Program-made: the position numbers and the translations under genes
DNA from: a virus
Lineage: Duplodnaviria; Heunggongvirae; Uroviricota; Caudoviricetes
IMG/VR virus record: IMGVR_UViG_2734482780_000007
Direction: 5' to 3' (one strand)
Length of the DNA stretch: 26,669 bases
Notes under the pieces: generated by a model
The model's input: the letters and a program-made list of their open reading frames with translations, nothing else
Told to the model about the DNA's origin: nothing
The model's database searches: none
Shown here: piece after piece, positions 25,389 to 26,669 of the stretch
How positions within the stretch are numbered: the stretch's first letter is position 1
How the letters are laid out: every line of letters starts with the position of its first letter

Positions 25389-26669
25389 ATGAAATATCCG
25401 ACAGGCGTGGAAAACCATGGAGGGAAATTACGTATCTGGTTTGTTTATAAAGGCGTAAGAGTCAGGGAAAACCTGGGGGTTCCTGACACAGCAAAAAACA
25501 GGCGCGTTGCAGGTGAGCTACGCGCCTCTGTTTGTTACGCAATAAAAACTGGTGTTTTCGACTATGCAAAACAGTTTCCCTCCTCACGCAATCTGGAAAA
25601 ATTTGGTGAGACTCGACAAGATTTAACCATAAAAGAACTGGCTGAAAAATTTCTGGCACTGAAAGAAACTGAAGTCGCAAAAACATCACTCAACACATAC
25701 CGTGCCGTCATCAAAAATATCCTGAGCATAATCGGTGAAAAAAATCTTGCCTCATCGATTAATAAAGAAAAATTACTGGAGGTTCGTAAAGAGCTACTGA
25801 CTGGATACCAGATCCCCAAAAGTAACTATATTGTTACACAACCAGGGAGATCGGCTGTAACTGTAAATAATTACATGACAAATCTTAACGCCGTGTTCCA
25901 GTTTGGTGTTGATAACGGTTACCTGGCAGATAACCCGTTTAAGGGGATCTCGCCATTAAAGGAATCAAGAACCATTCCGGATCCTCTTTCGCGGGAGGAA
26001 TTCATCCGTCTTATCGATGCGTGCAGAAATCAGCAAGCCAAAAATTTATGGTGTGTTTCTGTTTATACTGGCGTTCGCCCTGGTGAGCTGTGTGCACTTG
26101 GATGGGAGGACATAGATCTGAAAAATGGAACAATGATGATCAGGAGAAATTTAGCAAAAGACCGTTTCACGGTACCAAAAACACAGGCGGGAACCAATCG
26201 GGTCATTCATCTTATTAAGCCAGCAATCGACGCTCTCCGGAGTCAGATGACATTAACGAGACTGAGCAAAGAGCATATCATTGATGTTCACCTCAGAGAG
26301 TATGGCAGAACAGAAAAACATAAATGCACCTTTGTTTTTCAACCTGAAGTGTCAGCGAGAGTAAAAAATTATGGTGACCATTTTACCGTTGACTCAATAA
26401 GGCAGATGTGGGACGCAGCGATAAAACGTGCCGGACTCCGCCATCGAAAATCATATCAGTCGAGACATACTTATGCCTGCTGGTCGCTGACAGCTGGTGC
26501 TAATCCGGCATTTATAGCAAACCAGATGGGCCATGCAGATGCGCAAATGGTATTTCAGGTATACGGAAAATGGATGTCTGAAAACAATAATGCACAGGTA
26601 GCTTTGTTAAATACACAGTTAAGCGAGTTTGCCCCAACCATGCCCCATAACGAAGCAATGAAAAATTAA
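25389..26669 (+). CDS. Tyrosine recombinase (phage integrase), 426 aa, intact to its stop at the last base of the window
   Basis: C-terminal catalytic residues consistent with the R..H-x-x-R..Y family (SRHTYACWSL ... QMGHADAQMVFQVYGKW); N-terminal arm-binding-like region MKYPTGVENHGGKLRIWFVYKGVRVRE. Confidence 0.9.
   Translation: MKYPTGVENHGGKLRIWFVYKGVRVRENLGVPDTAKNRRVAGELRASVCYAIKTGVFDYAKQFPSSRNLEKFGETRQDLTIKELAEKFLALKETEVAKTSLNTYRAVIKNILSIIGEKNLASSINKEKLLEVRKELLTGYQIPKSNYIVTQPGRSAVTVNNYMTNLNAVFQFGVDNGYLADNPFKGISPLKESRTIPDPLSREEFIRLIDACRNQQAKNLWCVSVYTGVRPGELCALGWEDIDLKNGTMMIRRNLAKDRFTVPKTQAGTNRVIHLIKPAIDALRSQMTLTRLSKEHIIDVHLREYGRTEKHKCTFVFQPEVSARVKNYGDHFTVDSIRQMWDAAIKRAGLRHRKSYQSRHTYACWSLTAGANPAFIANQMGHADAQMVFQVYGKWMSENNNAQVALLNTQLSEFAPTMPHNEAMKN

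Overview
The whole 26.7 kb window reads as one Qin-type defective lambdoid prophage of Escherichia coli. Identities are recognised from the translated ORFs and DNA motifs from memory; no database search was run. Architecture (window orientation): pin invertase (+) | tail fibre assembly tfa and side tail fibre stf (-), with stf fused in frame to the first ~52 codons of terminase small subunit Nu1 | intact cos | moron block ynfO, ydfO, gnsB, ynfN-like, cspI | lysis cassette Rz/Rz1, SAR-endolysin, ydfR, pinholin (-) | cspB/cspF | antiterminator Q, ydfU, rem (-) | orphan 83-aa gene | relB-relE-hokD operon | sigma-28-dependent flxA | IS-like transposase split at a G6 run | about 1.6 kb of decayed small ORFs | truncated DNA methyltransferase | O-like replication gene with internal iteron origin | cro-like dicC / cI-like dicA with operator palindromes | ydfA-ydfB-ydfC-dicF-dicB-ydfD | uninterrupted 823-aa ydfE with a C-terminal DEDDh exonuclease domain | xis-like gene and tyrosine integrase ending at the last base. 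No head, tail-shaft or terminase large-subunit genes, no rRNA/tRNA and no CRISPR array were found. Nothing here is clearly a new multi-gene system; the best candidates for follow-up are the intact YdfE exonuclease fusion, the Nu1::Stf deletion scar, the iteron origin, the orphan 83-aa gene and the gnsB/ynfN-like pair.
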